Shown: positions 19,015-27,431, numbered from the stretch's first letter. The stretch is 64,000 nucleotides of DNA from Candidatus Woesebacteria bacterium (GCA_018062625.1 JAGORV010000005.1:86-64085); one strand, 5' to 3'. Translations and numbers: made by a program. The notes: generated by a model from the letters alone, not told the origin.

Positions 19015-19929
19015 ATGACCACACCCGCTACCGTATTATTTTTTGGTTCAACGACTGATTCCGTTATTATCCTAGAGCAACTTACGACAGTCAAAAGCGT
19101 AAAACTCACCGGCGTCGTGACCCAACCTCCTCGACCTGTTGGTCGGAAACAAATAGTGACACCAACTCCTGTAGAAGTATGGGCACATGCACACGATGTA
19201 TCGGTAGTATCATTTGCCAGCAATGGAGAAAAGCCATGGCTCTATAATGACGAGTTACAAGTTATCAATACTCTCTCTAGCGTAAAACCAGATCTGATCA
19301 TCTCTGCATCATATGGACAAAAGATTCCATGGGAAACAATCTCTAAAACTCCATATGGCGGAATAAACATTCACCCCTCTATCCTTCCCCGATGGCGCGG
19401 CGCTGATCCAGTCCCTTGGGCAATTCTTTCTGGCGATGCACAAATAGGCGTAAGTGTTGTACGGCTCTCAGAAAAATTTGATGACGGAAAAATACTCGCA
19501 CAACAAAAAATCCCCCTTACCATTCATGATACCAGCGACCCGCTTCGCACAAAACTTTTTGAAATAGGCGCGACATTGCTTTCAGAGATACTTCCCGATT
19601 ACCTTTTGGGGAAAATCAAAGAAATTCCTCAACACGAAACAGAAACGCCACGTGCCAAAAAATTTACTCGAGCAGACGGATTTGAAAACTGGACCATACT
19701 GCAGACGGCTATGCTTATAGGAGCTGATGCAGCACGACTGGAGCGCAAATTTCGTGCATTTACTCCATGGCCGGGAATCTGGACCTCGATTACCCATGAC
19801 TCAATAGAAAAACGACTAAAAATTCTCTCTCTTCATTTAGACAATGAGAAACTCGTGATAGATCAAGTTCAACTCGAGGGGAAAAATCCCGTTTCGTGGA
19901 AAGAATTCAGCAAAGCCTACTTAGCGTAA
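19015..19929 (+). CDS. fmt: methionyl-tRNA formyltransferase
   Basis: NIHPSILPRWRGADPVPWAI motif, placed directly after def. Confidence 0.9.
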   Translation: MTTPATVLFFGSTTDSVIILEQLTTVKSVKLTGVVTQPPRPVGRKQIVTPTPVEVWAHAHDVSVVSFASNGEKPWLYNDELQVINTLSSVKPDLIISASYGQKIPWETISKTPYGGINIHPSILPRWRGADPVPWAILSGDAQIGVSVVRLSEKFDDGKILAQQKIPLTIHDTSDPLRTKLFEIGATLLSEILPDYLLGKIKEIPQHETETPRAKKFTRADGFENWTILQTAMLIGADAARLERKFRAFTPWPGIWTSITHDSIEKRLKILSLHLDNEKLVIDQVQLEGKNPVSWKEFSKAYLA

Positions 19930-19997
19930 AAAATTTCGTGAAATGTCCTATTGACACACCTTGCCTCTTTCCGTACGCTGGATAAGGAGGAAAACAT

Positions 19998-20288
19998 ATG
20001 GCAAAGAAAAAAGTTCGTTCAGCAAAAGTATCCGCATCATTTGTCCGCAAAGATCTCGCGTCTTGGAACTTTGTCATATTCTTAACCCTCGCATTTATTT
20101 TGCTTGTCGTTATATTGGTCAGCATGAAAGGCGTCGCTCTCGATATGAGAACTCGTGCGGGGCTAGCTTGTCCAAATCCTTTGGCAGCATTTAACGGTAG
20201 ATTGCCTCAACCTGCCGATTGTAGTGGAGACTGGAAACTCTCCAATGATGCACGTGGCTGCCAAGTCTTCTTGTGCCAATCAAAATAA
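19998..20288 (+). CDS. small membrane-anchored Cys-containing protein
   Basis: 96 aa with GGAGG SD, one TM helix and four Cys in the C-terminal part. Confidence 0.5.
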   Translation: MAKKKVRSAKVSASFVRKDLASWNFVIFLTLAFILLVVILVSMKGVALDMRTRAGLACPNPLAAFNGRLPQPADCSGDWKLSNDARGCQVFLCQSK

Positions 20289-20301
20289 CAGTTAACAAAT
20301 T
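20287..20301. repeat. left arm of a 15-bp imperfect inverted repeat
   Basis: AACAGTTAACAAATT. Its partner at 20708-20722 reads AACAGTTAACCAATT when reverse-complemented (14/15 match). Confidence 0.8.
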
Positions 20302-20321
20302 GACAAAGCAACAAAGTAACT

Positions 20322-20687
20322 GTGGAAACTTTTAGATTCACTAAATTTCCAGTTTATATCGCTAGCAAGCACTTCTATTACACCTGTCTAACCGTGACAA
20401 ATTCTTTTCCTAGAGCATATTGGGAATTAGCTGATCAACTAAGACGCGCAGCATTGTCTGTATGCTTGAATATTGCTGAAGGTTCTGCAAAATATTCAGA
20501 CAAAGACTTTAAAAGATTTATTGAGAATGCATTAGGATCTATAAACGAATCGTTTGCTTGTTTAGATATAGCAAAAGACCACAAACTCATCAAACAAAAT
20601 GAATTCAACGATATGCAACTAGAGGCTGAGAGTATCACGAAACAACTTGGTGGATTATCAAAAAAATTGCGATCAACGCATTATTGA
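20322..20687 (+). CDS. four-helix-bundle protein (23S rRNA intervening-sequence protein family)
   Basis: GTG start. QLRRAALSVCLNIAEGSAKYSDKDFKRFIENALGSINE matches the family signature. Confidence 0.8.
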   Translation: METFRFTKFPVYIASKHFYYTCLTVTNSFPRAYWELADQLRRAALSVCLNIAEGSAKYSDKDFKRFIENALGSINESFACLDIAKDHKLIKQNEFNDMQLEAESITKQLGGLSKKLRSTHY

Positions 20688-20707
20688 AGTTAATTGGTAA
20701 ATTTGTG

Positions 20708-20722
20708 AATTGGTTAACTGTT
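20708..20722. repeat. right arm of the 15-bp inverted repeat
   Basis: AATTGGTTAACTGTT. Overlaps the stop codon of the convergent rpmB-like gene. Confidence 0.8.
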
Positions 20723-20978
20723 AAACAGCGGCTACCGCAACAGCTGTTGCTGCTTTTTTCTTGATATCAAATCTCACGCGCTTGATGCATTTGGCACATG
20801 CGCGCAAACGGGTAGATGCGCCGTTTATCGGCATAGTCACCCAATGCAAGTTCACACTGATGGTTCGAAGTGTGTGTTGTGCTCGGCGTTTCCACTGACC
20901 TCCCGCGATACCACGGTGATGTTTGTGTGTGCCACCAGCTACTGATTTCTTACTGCAGAGATCGCATTTGTACGCCAT
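20721..20978 (-). CDS. rpmB: 50S ribosomal protein L28 (long form)
   Basis: Start at ATG 20978. MAYKCDLCSKKSVAGGTHKHHRGIAGGQWKRRAQHTLRT...NLHWV...RLRACAKCIKR fits the L28 CxxC...PNL...C pattern. Confidence 0.55.
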   Translation of the reverse strand: MAYKCDLCSKKSVAGGTHKHHRGIAGGQWKRRAQHTLRTISVNLHWVTMPINGASTRLRACAKCIKRVRFDIKKKAATAVAVAAV

Positions 20979-20997
20979 AGAGGTTATACTATACCAT

Positions 20998-21660
20998 ATG
21001 ATCGGTGAGTTATTCAATAACCCTATCGGATTTCTCTTTTATATCGTAGCTCTCGTGATAGCTATAACCGTGCATGAGTTTGCCCATGCGCTTCTAGCAG
21101 ATCGCCTAGGCGATCCTACGCCGAGACTCCAAGGAAGACTGACACTAAATCCTCTCGCTCATTTAGACCTTGTCGGAAGCATTATGATGCTTGTAGCAAG
21201 GTTTGGTTGGGGTAAGCCAGTTGTGTTTGATGAATATAATCTCCGTAATCCTCGTCGCGACGCTGCAGTTATCTCAATTGCTGGCCCTGTATCCAACTTA
21301 CTTGTGGCTATCGCCGCATCGATTATCTTGCATATACTCGTAGCCTCTCACATAACCACAGGATTGCTCGGGATAGTGCTGTATAGCTTTCTGCAACCGT
21401 TGATAATGATGAATGTAGTACTAGCTATATTCAATCTCGTGCCTATTCACCCATTAGATGGATTCAAAATAGTCGGTGGCATACTTCCCCCAGAATACGC
21501 TCATCAATGGAAAGAACTCGAGCCATATGGCATGATTTTTCTCATTTTCATGATCTTTCCTTTTTTTGGTGGAGTAGCTCCAATTCATCAACTCATCAAC
21601 CCAGCTATAAGCGTACTTTTGAAGTTGCTTTTGCCGAGCGTGGGCATAACAGGGATATAA
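20998..21660 (+). CDS. site-2 protease family (peptidase M50) membrane metalloprotease
   Basis: HEFAHALLA and NLVPIHPLDG motifs. Start at ATG 20998, 7 nt after TATACT. Confidence 0.85.
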   Translation: MIGELFNNPIGFLFYIVALVIAITVHEFAHALLADRLGDPTPRLQGRLTLNPLAHLDLVGSIMMLVARFGWGKPVVFDEYNLRNPRRDAAVISIAGPVSNLLVAIAASIILHILVASHITTGLLGIVLYSFLQPLIMMNVVLAIFNLVPIHPLDGFKIVGGILPPEYAHQWKELEPYGMIFLIFMIFPFFGGVAPIHQLINPAISVLLKLLLPSVGITGI

Positions 21661-21697
21661 ACTCAAAAATTTGAGCTTCTCAGAAGAATTTCGGTGC

Positions 21698-21835
21698 TTA
21701 AAGCAACCCGAGTATACCAAACAAACCTTGTAAAAAGAGGTTCATCGGAGCAAACAAAAATCCCCATACTGCTTCCGACTCCGAAAGCACGGGTATTCCG
21801 CCTCCTCCACCACCTCCACTTTCTACATGTGACAT
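21698..21835 (-). CDS. possible 45-aa Gly-run/hydrophobic peptide
   Basis: Own translation gives MSHVESGGGGGGGIPVLSESEAVWGFLFAPMNLFLQGLFGILGLL. It is below the ORF-track length cutoff and has no clear RBS. Confidence 0.2.
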   Translation of the reverse strand: MSHVESGGGGGGGIPVLSESEAVWGFLFAPMNLFLQGLFGILGLL

Positions 21836-21898
21836 AGCCTTATGATATCATAGGATATCAACTTGAGACAATTCCAAGAATAACCTATACTACATCTC

Positions 21899-22462
21899 AT
21901 GCGCGCTTATTTCACCGCCTCCATAGTCGGAAAAAAATATCATCAATCCCATTACGAACAAATTGTAGACCTCCTCAAGTCCAAAAACGTAGAAATGATA
22001 AGTGATCACATCTTAAACGTCACAGAGAAAGACATTCAGCTACAAACCAAAGATCAGCGTCTCAAATTTCATCATGATCTAGAAACACAGATAAATTCAT
22101 CAGATTTTCTCATCGCTGAGACTAGTTTTCCGAGTATCAGTGTGGGTTATGAGATTTCCATGGCTCTGGATCGCGGCAAACCGGTACTCATCCTCTACAG
22201 CGAGGGTGATCCTCCATCTATTTTCGCGTATCACGAAAATCAAAAAATAGTCTGTGAAAAATACACAGCATCAACACTTGATGCTATTTTGACAGATTTT
22301 TTGCGTTATGTAAGTGGCGAAGGTGATTCTCGATACACATTCTATCTATCTAGTGCTCAGGCTGCATATCTAGATAAGCAAGGCAAAAAACATCGTGTGC
22401 CTAAATCTGTCTACCTTCGACTCCTCATAGATCAAGACATGACCAAAAACACCGGAAAATAG
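21899..22462 (+). CDS. nucleoside 2-deoxyribosyltransferase-fold protein (DNPH1/Rcl-like) with an RHH-like C-terminal tail
   Basis: MRAYFTASIVGK and SDFLIAETSFPSISVGYEISMALDRGKPVLILY resemble DNPH1. The tail is RYTFYLSSAQAAYL...PKSVYLRLLI. TTGAGA-N17-TATACT-N7-ATG lies upstream. Confidence 0.55.
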   Translation: MRAYFTASIVGKKYHQSHYEQIVDLLKSKNVEMISDHILNVTEKDIQLQTKDQRLKFHHDLETQINSSDFLIAETSFPSISVGYEISMALDRGKPVLILYSEGDPPSIFAYHENQKIVCEKYTASTLDAILTDFLRYVSGEGDSRYTFYLSSAQAAYLDKQGKKHRVPKSVYLRLLIDQDMTKNTGK

Positions 22463-22574
22463 AATCAACTTCTGATAGACCAACTCCCTGTGTGACATCA
22501 TACCGATTCATAATGCATCATCGTGATGCATAACAGTTATCCTCACCAGCCTCGTATACTTCTAGGAAGAATAT

Positions 22575-22790
22575 ATGAGAGCACTAGCTAAGAGTATTAA
22601 ATTGCACTTTGCCGGATCTGCGGCGGGCATAAGCACGCTGGTAAACGGACCAAGCATGCACATGTGGACCCAAGACTTTGACACAGCATGGGCATCGCTT
22701 CGTACCCATGAAAAACTTACTTGGATCGTGTTTATCGGCAATACCGTAGCCATCCTTACACTAATCGAAGTTTTAGTCCTCCACAAATAA
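22575..22790 (+). CDS. possible 71-aa protein with a C-terminal TM helix
   Basis: AGGAAG lies 7 nt upstream of the ATG. An overlapping 90-aa antisense ORF also exists, so coding status is uncertain. Confidence 0.3.
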   Translation: MRALAKSIKLHFAGSAAGISTLVNGPSMHMWTQDFDTAWASLRTHEKLTWIVFIGNTVAILTLIEVLVLHK

Positions 22791-22812
22791 CCTTTTAGCC
22801 TCAATAAAGCGC

Positions 22813-22841
22813 TTGACAGTCCCGATATATTCACCTACTAT
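22813..22841 (+). promoter_or_regulatory. sigma70-like promoter TTGACA-N17-TACTAT
   Basis: Perfect -35 at 22813-22818 and -10 at 22836-22841. No ORF follows for about 260 nt. Confidence 0.55.
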
Positions 22842-23102
22842 AAATATGCCCGTGTGGAGTTAAAAAATATTTTCCTCCACAAAAGTTTTCCAATGAGGTA
22901 GTCTCACAAGATTTGTGAGGCAACAGGACAACGTGCTACGGTAACCTTGGTTAACGTGCCAGTCCTTCCGATATAAATCGGGGAAAATATTTTAACCCCT
23001 CACGTGGCAGGAATTATTTATTTTATTATTTCGCTTCTTTATTCCCCTCTTTTTCTATTTTCTATTCTCTGGTAATTTTGTTACAATAACGAAGTCTATT
23101 TC

Positions 23103-23173
23103 GCCTCCATAGCTCAACGGCAGAGCAGCGGTTTTGTAAACCGTAGATGTCAGTCCAATTCTGACTGGGGGCT
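23103..23173 (+). tRNA. tRNA-Thr (anticodon UGU)
   Basis: Hand-folded cloverleaf: acceptor GCCTCCA/TGGGGGC, anticodon loop TTTGTAA, T-arm GTCAG-TCCAATT-CTGAC. CCA is not encoded. TGTTACAAT box lies 14 nt upstream. Confidence 0.85.
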
Positions 23174-23175
23174 CA

Positions 23176-24057
23176 CTAATTTACGGAGAAGCCAATCTTC
23201 TTTCCTTCAAGTCCAAGCGGTGGTTGAATTACTCCTGTAGCCCATGCACGAGCTATAGTGGAGAGAAAAATACCATCTGTATTTGTCATAACGAGCTTGG
23301 GAAGGTCACTCATGGGAAATGCTATAGCGCCACTATTAAGCTCATATGCATCTCCATTTATGTGATTTGTGGGAATTTTTTCTGCATCAGATGCATCGAT
23401 GAACGCTGCGAAAATCTTTGGCTCATTATTCGTCATGCCGACATCGGTATTTACTCGTCCCAAATCCACTTTTCGTGTGATCTTTATATTTGGCACGCCT
23501 AATTCTTCTTCCATTTCTTTGATCGTTCGCTCATCAAGTTTTGTGACCCCATCGGATCCTATATCAGAAAATCCCCCCACAGAATCAAAGCTTTTCTTCC
23601 CCGTGGCAAATTTATCCCCATGAAGCACAATGAAATGTGTAGTTTCTCCATTTTTCTCGACAAATACCACACCTTTTTCGCCACTGAGCGGACCATTGCG
23701 CCAGCTCGCATATTCATAGGTATATCGCATCGCGGGATTGTCTATCCTAGATACTTCAAATTTGGGTATCAGTGCAAACGATCCATGAGGCAAATCTATC
23801 AACCGCTCTACTTTGATGTTTGAAATCTCTTCTGGTCGTTCTGCGAGATTTTGTAAGAACCCATCATGATTCTCTCTTCCTTTGTCAGGAAGTGTCAGTA
23901 ATTTTTTTTGCAATTCTGGGGAAGTGTTTGCAAACCAACTTTTCTCTGATAGTGACTCAAATATTGCGCGCCGTTCTGGAGTTGTACGTGCAAGAAGCGT
24001 ATCCATTTCTTGTTTATGAATCATATCAGGCGTAAACACTGGTGCAGTATGCTCCAT
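23176..24057 (-). CDS. Nudix-domain protein with an unknown N-terminal domain
   Basis: GGFSDIGSDGVTKLDERTIKEMEEELGV approximates the Nudix box Gx5Ex7REUxEExGU (K in place of R). Confidence 0.45.
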   Translation of the reverse strand: MEHTAPVFTPDMIHKQEMDTLLARTTPERRAIFESLSEKSWFANTSPELQKKLLTLPDKGRENHDGFLQNLAERPEEISNIKVERLIDLPHGSFALIPKFEVSRIDNPAMRYTYEYASWRNGPLSGEKGVVFVEKNGETTHFIVLHGDKFATGKKSFDSVGGFSDIGSDGVTKLDERTIKEMEEELGVPNIKITRKVDLGRVNTDVGMTNNEPKIFAAFIDASDAEKIPTNHINGDAYELNSGAIAFPMSDLPKLVMTNTDGIFLSTIARAWATGVIQPPLGLEGKKIGFSVN

Positions 24058-24059
24058 AA

Positions 24060-24368
24060 TTAGGTTTTCTTTCTGGTTAATGGCGTGTCATCGAGTAGCT
24101 TCGGAATTTCTTTAAATATTTTCTCATTCAAACTGTATTCCACATGCTTTCCGATGCGTTCTTTTTTGAGCCAACCCGATTTCATCATCTGCTTCACATG
24201 ATGCGAGACCAAATTTTGAGGAATCCCCAAATGATTTTTGAGATCTTTGATCCACATAGGATCATGTGCGAGTAAATAAACGATAGCAATTCGATGTGGA
24301 TGTGCTACTCCGCGCACCATGGCGGCAAACGGGGCAACTTTTGCAAGTAATCGTTTTCCAGTAGTCAT
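24060..24368 (-). CDS. ArsR/SmtB-family winged-helix regulator
   Basis: HPHRIAIVYLL...IKDLKNHLGIPQNLVSHHVKQMMKSGWL. Confidence 0.8.
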   Translation of the reverse strand: MTTGKRLLAKVAPFAAMVRGVAHPHRIAIVYLLAHDPMWIKDLKNHLGIPQNLVSHHVKQMMKSGWLKKERIGKHVEYSLNEKIFKEIPKLLDDTPLTRKKT

Positions 24369-24374
24369 AATAGT

Positions 24375-24462
24375 TGGTGCTGAGGCTAGGATTCGAACCT
24401 AGGTAGCCTGTTAGGGCGACAGTTTTACAGACTGTTGTGATTGTCCACTCCACCACCTCAGC
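24375..24462 (-). tRNA. tRNA-Tyr (anticodon GUA), type II, CCA encoded
   Basis: Acceptor GCTGAGG/CCTCAGC, anticodon loop CTGTAAA, long variable arm, T-arm CTAGG-TTCGAAT-CCTAG. Confidence 0.9.
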
Positions 24463-24506
24463 AATTTAAATATCACAAAATACATTCGTTTCATCAGCAA
24501 TTGAAG

Positions 24507-24572
24507 TGTGATTGTCCACTCCACCCGCCTCGCGTCGACTACCTCTTCGCGAGTCGAGGCGGGCCACCTCAG
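24507..24572 (-). pseudogene. duplicated 5' fragment (nt 1-27) of tRNA-Tyr, split by a 40-nt GC-rich palindrome
   Basis: The minus strand reads GCTGAGGTGG[CCCGCCTCGACTCGCGAAGAGGTAGTCGACGCGAGGCGG]GTGGAGTGGACAATCACA. Anticodon and T arms are absent. Confidence 0.8.
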
Positions 24573-24686
24573 CGAGATTTCAATTATACCAAGAAATCGA
24601 AAGATCCAATAGGGCGTTAATTATTTCATAAATATTCAAATTGCCCCCTTGCAATTATGAGAAAAATATCCCTATACTACTTTCAT

Positions 24687-25184
24687 ATGGAAAAAGAAGA
24701 AATGAATGAATCCTCATCTATGATGACGTATGTCATCGGCGCAGTATTGTTGGTGGCAGTTGTTGCCGGAGCTTGGTATTTCAAAGCCAAAGCGCCTACC
24801 GCAATGACGGAACCTACCGCACAAACACAGGTAGTCGCAACCCCAACTCCGGGACCAATCACCGAGTTAAATTGTGACGTGCAATATATGAATTCCAAGG
24901 TTGGATTTGCAGAATATTATCTCTCCGTAGAAGGTGGAGATGTATCAGATGCAAAAGAAGTAACCTGCGATTTTGTAGTCAAAGCTGATGACAAAGTTAT
25001 AGCAAAAGCATCTGCTGATGGTCCACTTTCTGCGGCCCCTCAGCGTGGAGGTTCTACATTCCGATGTACTACCAAAGCTCTTGCTATCACACCAAATGTG
25101 TTAACAACAGTAGAAGTATCATTGAAAGATGATCTCAAAAAGACTGCAACATGTAGTGCACCATTTACATTCCCAAGTCCGTAA
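24687..25184 (+). CDS. membrane-anchored hypothetical protein
   Basis: Start at ATG 24687 (MEKEEM), 8 nt after TTGCAA-N18-TATACT. One TM helix. Confidence 0.5.
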   Translation: MEKEEMNESSSMMTYVIGAVLLVAVVAGAWYFKAKAPTAMTEPTAQTQVVATPTPGPITELNCDVQYMNSKVGFAEYYLSVEGGDVSDAKEVTCDFVVKADDKVIAKASADGPLSAAPQRGGSTFRCTTKALAITPNVLTTVEVSLKDDLKKTATCSAPFTFPSP

Positions 25185-25210
25185 TGGGAATGCCCTAAAC
25201 TTTGAAACAT

Positions 25211-25243
25211 AAAAAAAGACCTACATATGTAGGTCTTTTTTTT
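25211..25243. terminator. bidirectional intrinsic terminator
   Basis: AAAAAAA-AGACCTACATATGTAGGTCT-TTTTTT, lying between convergent genes. Confidence 0.9.
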
Positions 25244-25262
25244 CATATACTAATGCGTTGAA

Positions 25263-26468
25263 TTATATAATCCCCAACTCTTTTCCAACTTTTGCAAATG
25301 CTGCAATACCTACATCCAAATCCTTCTTTGTGTGCGTAGCACTTGGCATAACGCGAATTCGAGCCTTACCCAAAGCCACCATAGGGAACTTGATGGGAGT
25401 TGCAAAAACACCCTCTTCCATAAGTCGTTTAGAAAATTCTTTGGCCACGTTTTCATCCCCAATCATGACGGGAGTTATAGGCGTTTGCGTCACACCTGTA
25501 TTAAATCCCAATTTTTGAAATTTGGATCGTAAATACTTTCCATTATTCCATAACTTTTTCACTAACTTATCGGATTCAGAAAGTATCCGCACCCCTTCAA
25601 CAACCGCCGCCGCATCTGCTACAGAAATACCTGTAGAAAATAAGTATGGTCTTCCTTTTTGACGGTAATATTCTATAAGTTCTTTTTTCCCTGTGATTAC
25701 CCCTCCGATGATGCCAAATGCTTTCGAAAGAGTTCCCACCTCTATATCCAATTGCCCCTCTAGTCCAAAGTGATGAGCTATCCCCTTGCCATCTCCCAAC
25801 ACTCCCTCACCATGCGCATCATCTACCATCGTAATCGCTCCATACTGCTTCGCTAGACGAACAATTTCTGGAAGTGGAGCGATGTCGCCATCCATACTAA
25901 ACACGCCGTCAGAGACCACGAGAATCACCGGTTTTGTGCCATCTGCTTTTGGTGTTTTAGCGAACTCAACAGCTTCCTGTAGCCGCTTCTCCAACTCTCC
26001 CATATCATTATGCTTATATATCGATTTATTTTTTACTTGTGAAAGTTTTATGGCGTCTATAATACTCGCGTGGTTTAGTTCATCAGAAATCACAATATCT
26101 TCTTTTCCCACGATCGTCGCAATTGCGACGATATTTGCGATAAAGCCTCCCGATAACAGGAATGCCGCTTCTGCACCTTTGTATTCAGCGAGCGCCTTTT
26201 CTGCCTGCATATGTAGAGCGAGATTTCCAGAAATTGGCCGTACGGCACCGGCTCCTACGCCGTATTGCTTCACTGCTTTTATCACAGCGCGAACGATACG
26301 TTTATCTTGAGCAAATCCTAAATAATTATTTGAACAAAAATTGAGAAGTCGCTTACCATCAATCGTAATCCATGAACCCTGTGAAGACTCTAGAACTCGT
26401 ACGGGTGTATATAAGCCTTTCGACTTCATGTCTTCTATAGTGTCAAAATAATGCTGTAATGGATGCAT
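25263..26468 (-). CDS. kbl: 2-amino-3-ketobutyrate CoA ligase (glycine C-acetyltransferase)
   Basis: Class II aminotransferase-like alpha-oxoamine synthase with DDAHG and GTLSKAFG (PLP Lys). Paired with tdh. Confidence 0.8.
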   Translation of the reverse strand: MHPLQHYFDTIEDMKSKGLYTPVRVLESSQGSWITIDGKRLLNFCSNNYLGFAQDKRIVRAVIKAVKQYGVGAGAVRPISGNLALHMQAEKALAEYKGAEAAFLLSGGFIANIVAIATIVGKEDIVISDELNHASIIDAIKLSQVKNKSIYKHNDMGELEKRLQEAVEFAKTPKADGTKPVILVVSDGVFSMDGDIAPLPEIVRLAKQYGAITMVDDAHGEGVLGDGKGIAHHFGLEGQLDIEVGTLSKAFGIIGGVITGKKELIEYYRQKGRPYLFSTGISVADAAAVVEGVRILSESDKLVKKLWNNGKYLRSKFQKLGFNTGVTQTPITPVMIGDENVAKEFSKRLMEEGVFATPIKFPMVALGKARIRVMPSATHTKKDLDVGIAAFAKVGKELGII

Positions 26469-26486
26469 AATGTCCTTTCTTTAATC

Positions 26487-27431
26487 TTACTTTTTTAATT
26501 TTTCCTTTAAACCCTCAATCATTACCGATGTTAATGTATGAAGGTCAAACTCTGGTTTCCAACCCCAATCGGCTTGCGCCACACTATCATCTATAGATTG
26601 TGGCCAACTTTCTGCAATTTTTTGCTTCACAGGGTCTGGATTATACGTGGCCAAAAAATCTGGATATAGTTTGATGATTTCATCCACCAATTCTCGGGGT
26701 GTGAAGTTAATCGCACCAAAGTTATATGCGGTACGGATAGAAATTTTTTCTTTGGGCGCTTCCATAAGATCTATGGTTCCTTTTATGGCATCATCTATAT
26801 ACATCATGGGTAGCCGTGCATCTTCTTTGAGAAACACGCTATATTTCATATCTTTTAACAATCCATAAAATATATGCACAGAATACTCTGTGGTACCGTC
26901 TCCAGGAGGCGCCTGATAGCCGATAAGCCCTGGATATCGAAGAGAACGTACATCTACACCCCACCGTTTGAAATAATACTGACAAAGCAACTCACCCGTT
27001 ACTTTTGTCACCCCATAAATGGTGGTCGGTTCAAGTACAGTATTTTGTGGCGTCATCACCTTTGGTGTCGTCGGACCAAATGCAGCGATAGAGCTAGGCC
27101 AAAATACTCGAAGAGTAAATTCTCGAGCTAACTCGAGGACATTACGAAGCCCTTCGACATTTACATCCCACGCAAGATCTGGATTTTTTTCACCACCGAC
27201 AGAAAGAAGCCCTGCAAGATGATATACGTCAATAATCGCATGATCTTCTATAATTTTTTTGAGCGAAGACTTATCCGTCACATCCCCTTTTACTAATTGA
27301 CCTTGAAAGTTTTCTGGGATAGTTTTATTGCCTAACGCGAATACATGCTCTGCCCCAAATTTTTTGCTTAATGCTGGAACTAAATCTGAACCAACCAACC
27401 CAAATGCGCCCGTTACTAAAATGTTTTTCAT
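26487..27431 (-). CDS. tdh: L-threonine 3-dehydrogenase, SDR/epimerase-like type
   Basis: VTGAFGLVGSDL Rossmann motif, 314 aa, directly upstream of kbl. Confidence 0.7.
   Translation of the reverse strand: MKNILVTGAFGLVGSDLVPALSKKFGAEHVFALGNKTIPENFQGQLVKGDVTDKSSLKKIIEDHAIIDVYHLAGLLSVGGEKNPDLAWDVNVEGLRNVLELAREFTLRVFWPSSIAAFGPTTPKVMTPQNTVLEPTTIYGVTKVTGELLCQYYFKRWGVDVRSLRYPGLIGYQAPPGDGTTEYSVHIFYGLLKDMKYSVFLKEDARLPMMYIDDAIKGTIDLMEAPKEKISIRTAYNFGAINFTPRELVDEIIKLYPDFLATYNPDPVKQKIAESWPQSIDDSVAQADWGWKPEFDLHTLTSVMIEGLKEKLKK

Noticed and set aside
22562-22834. 90-aa minus-strand ORF overlapping the 71-aa plus-strand ORF.
   Set aside because: It has no RBS or promoter and a Ser/Leu-rich composition. 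The plus-strand ORF has at least an AGGAAG RBS, so only that one is listed, at low confidence.
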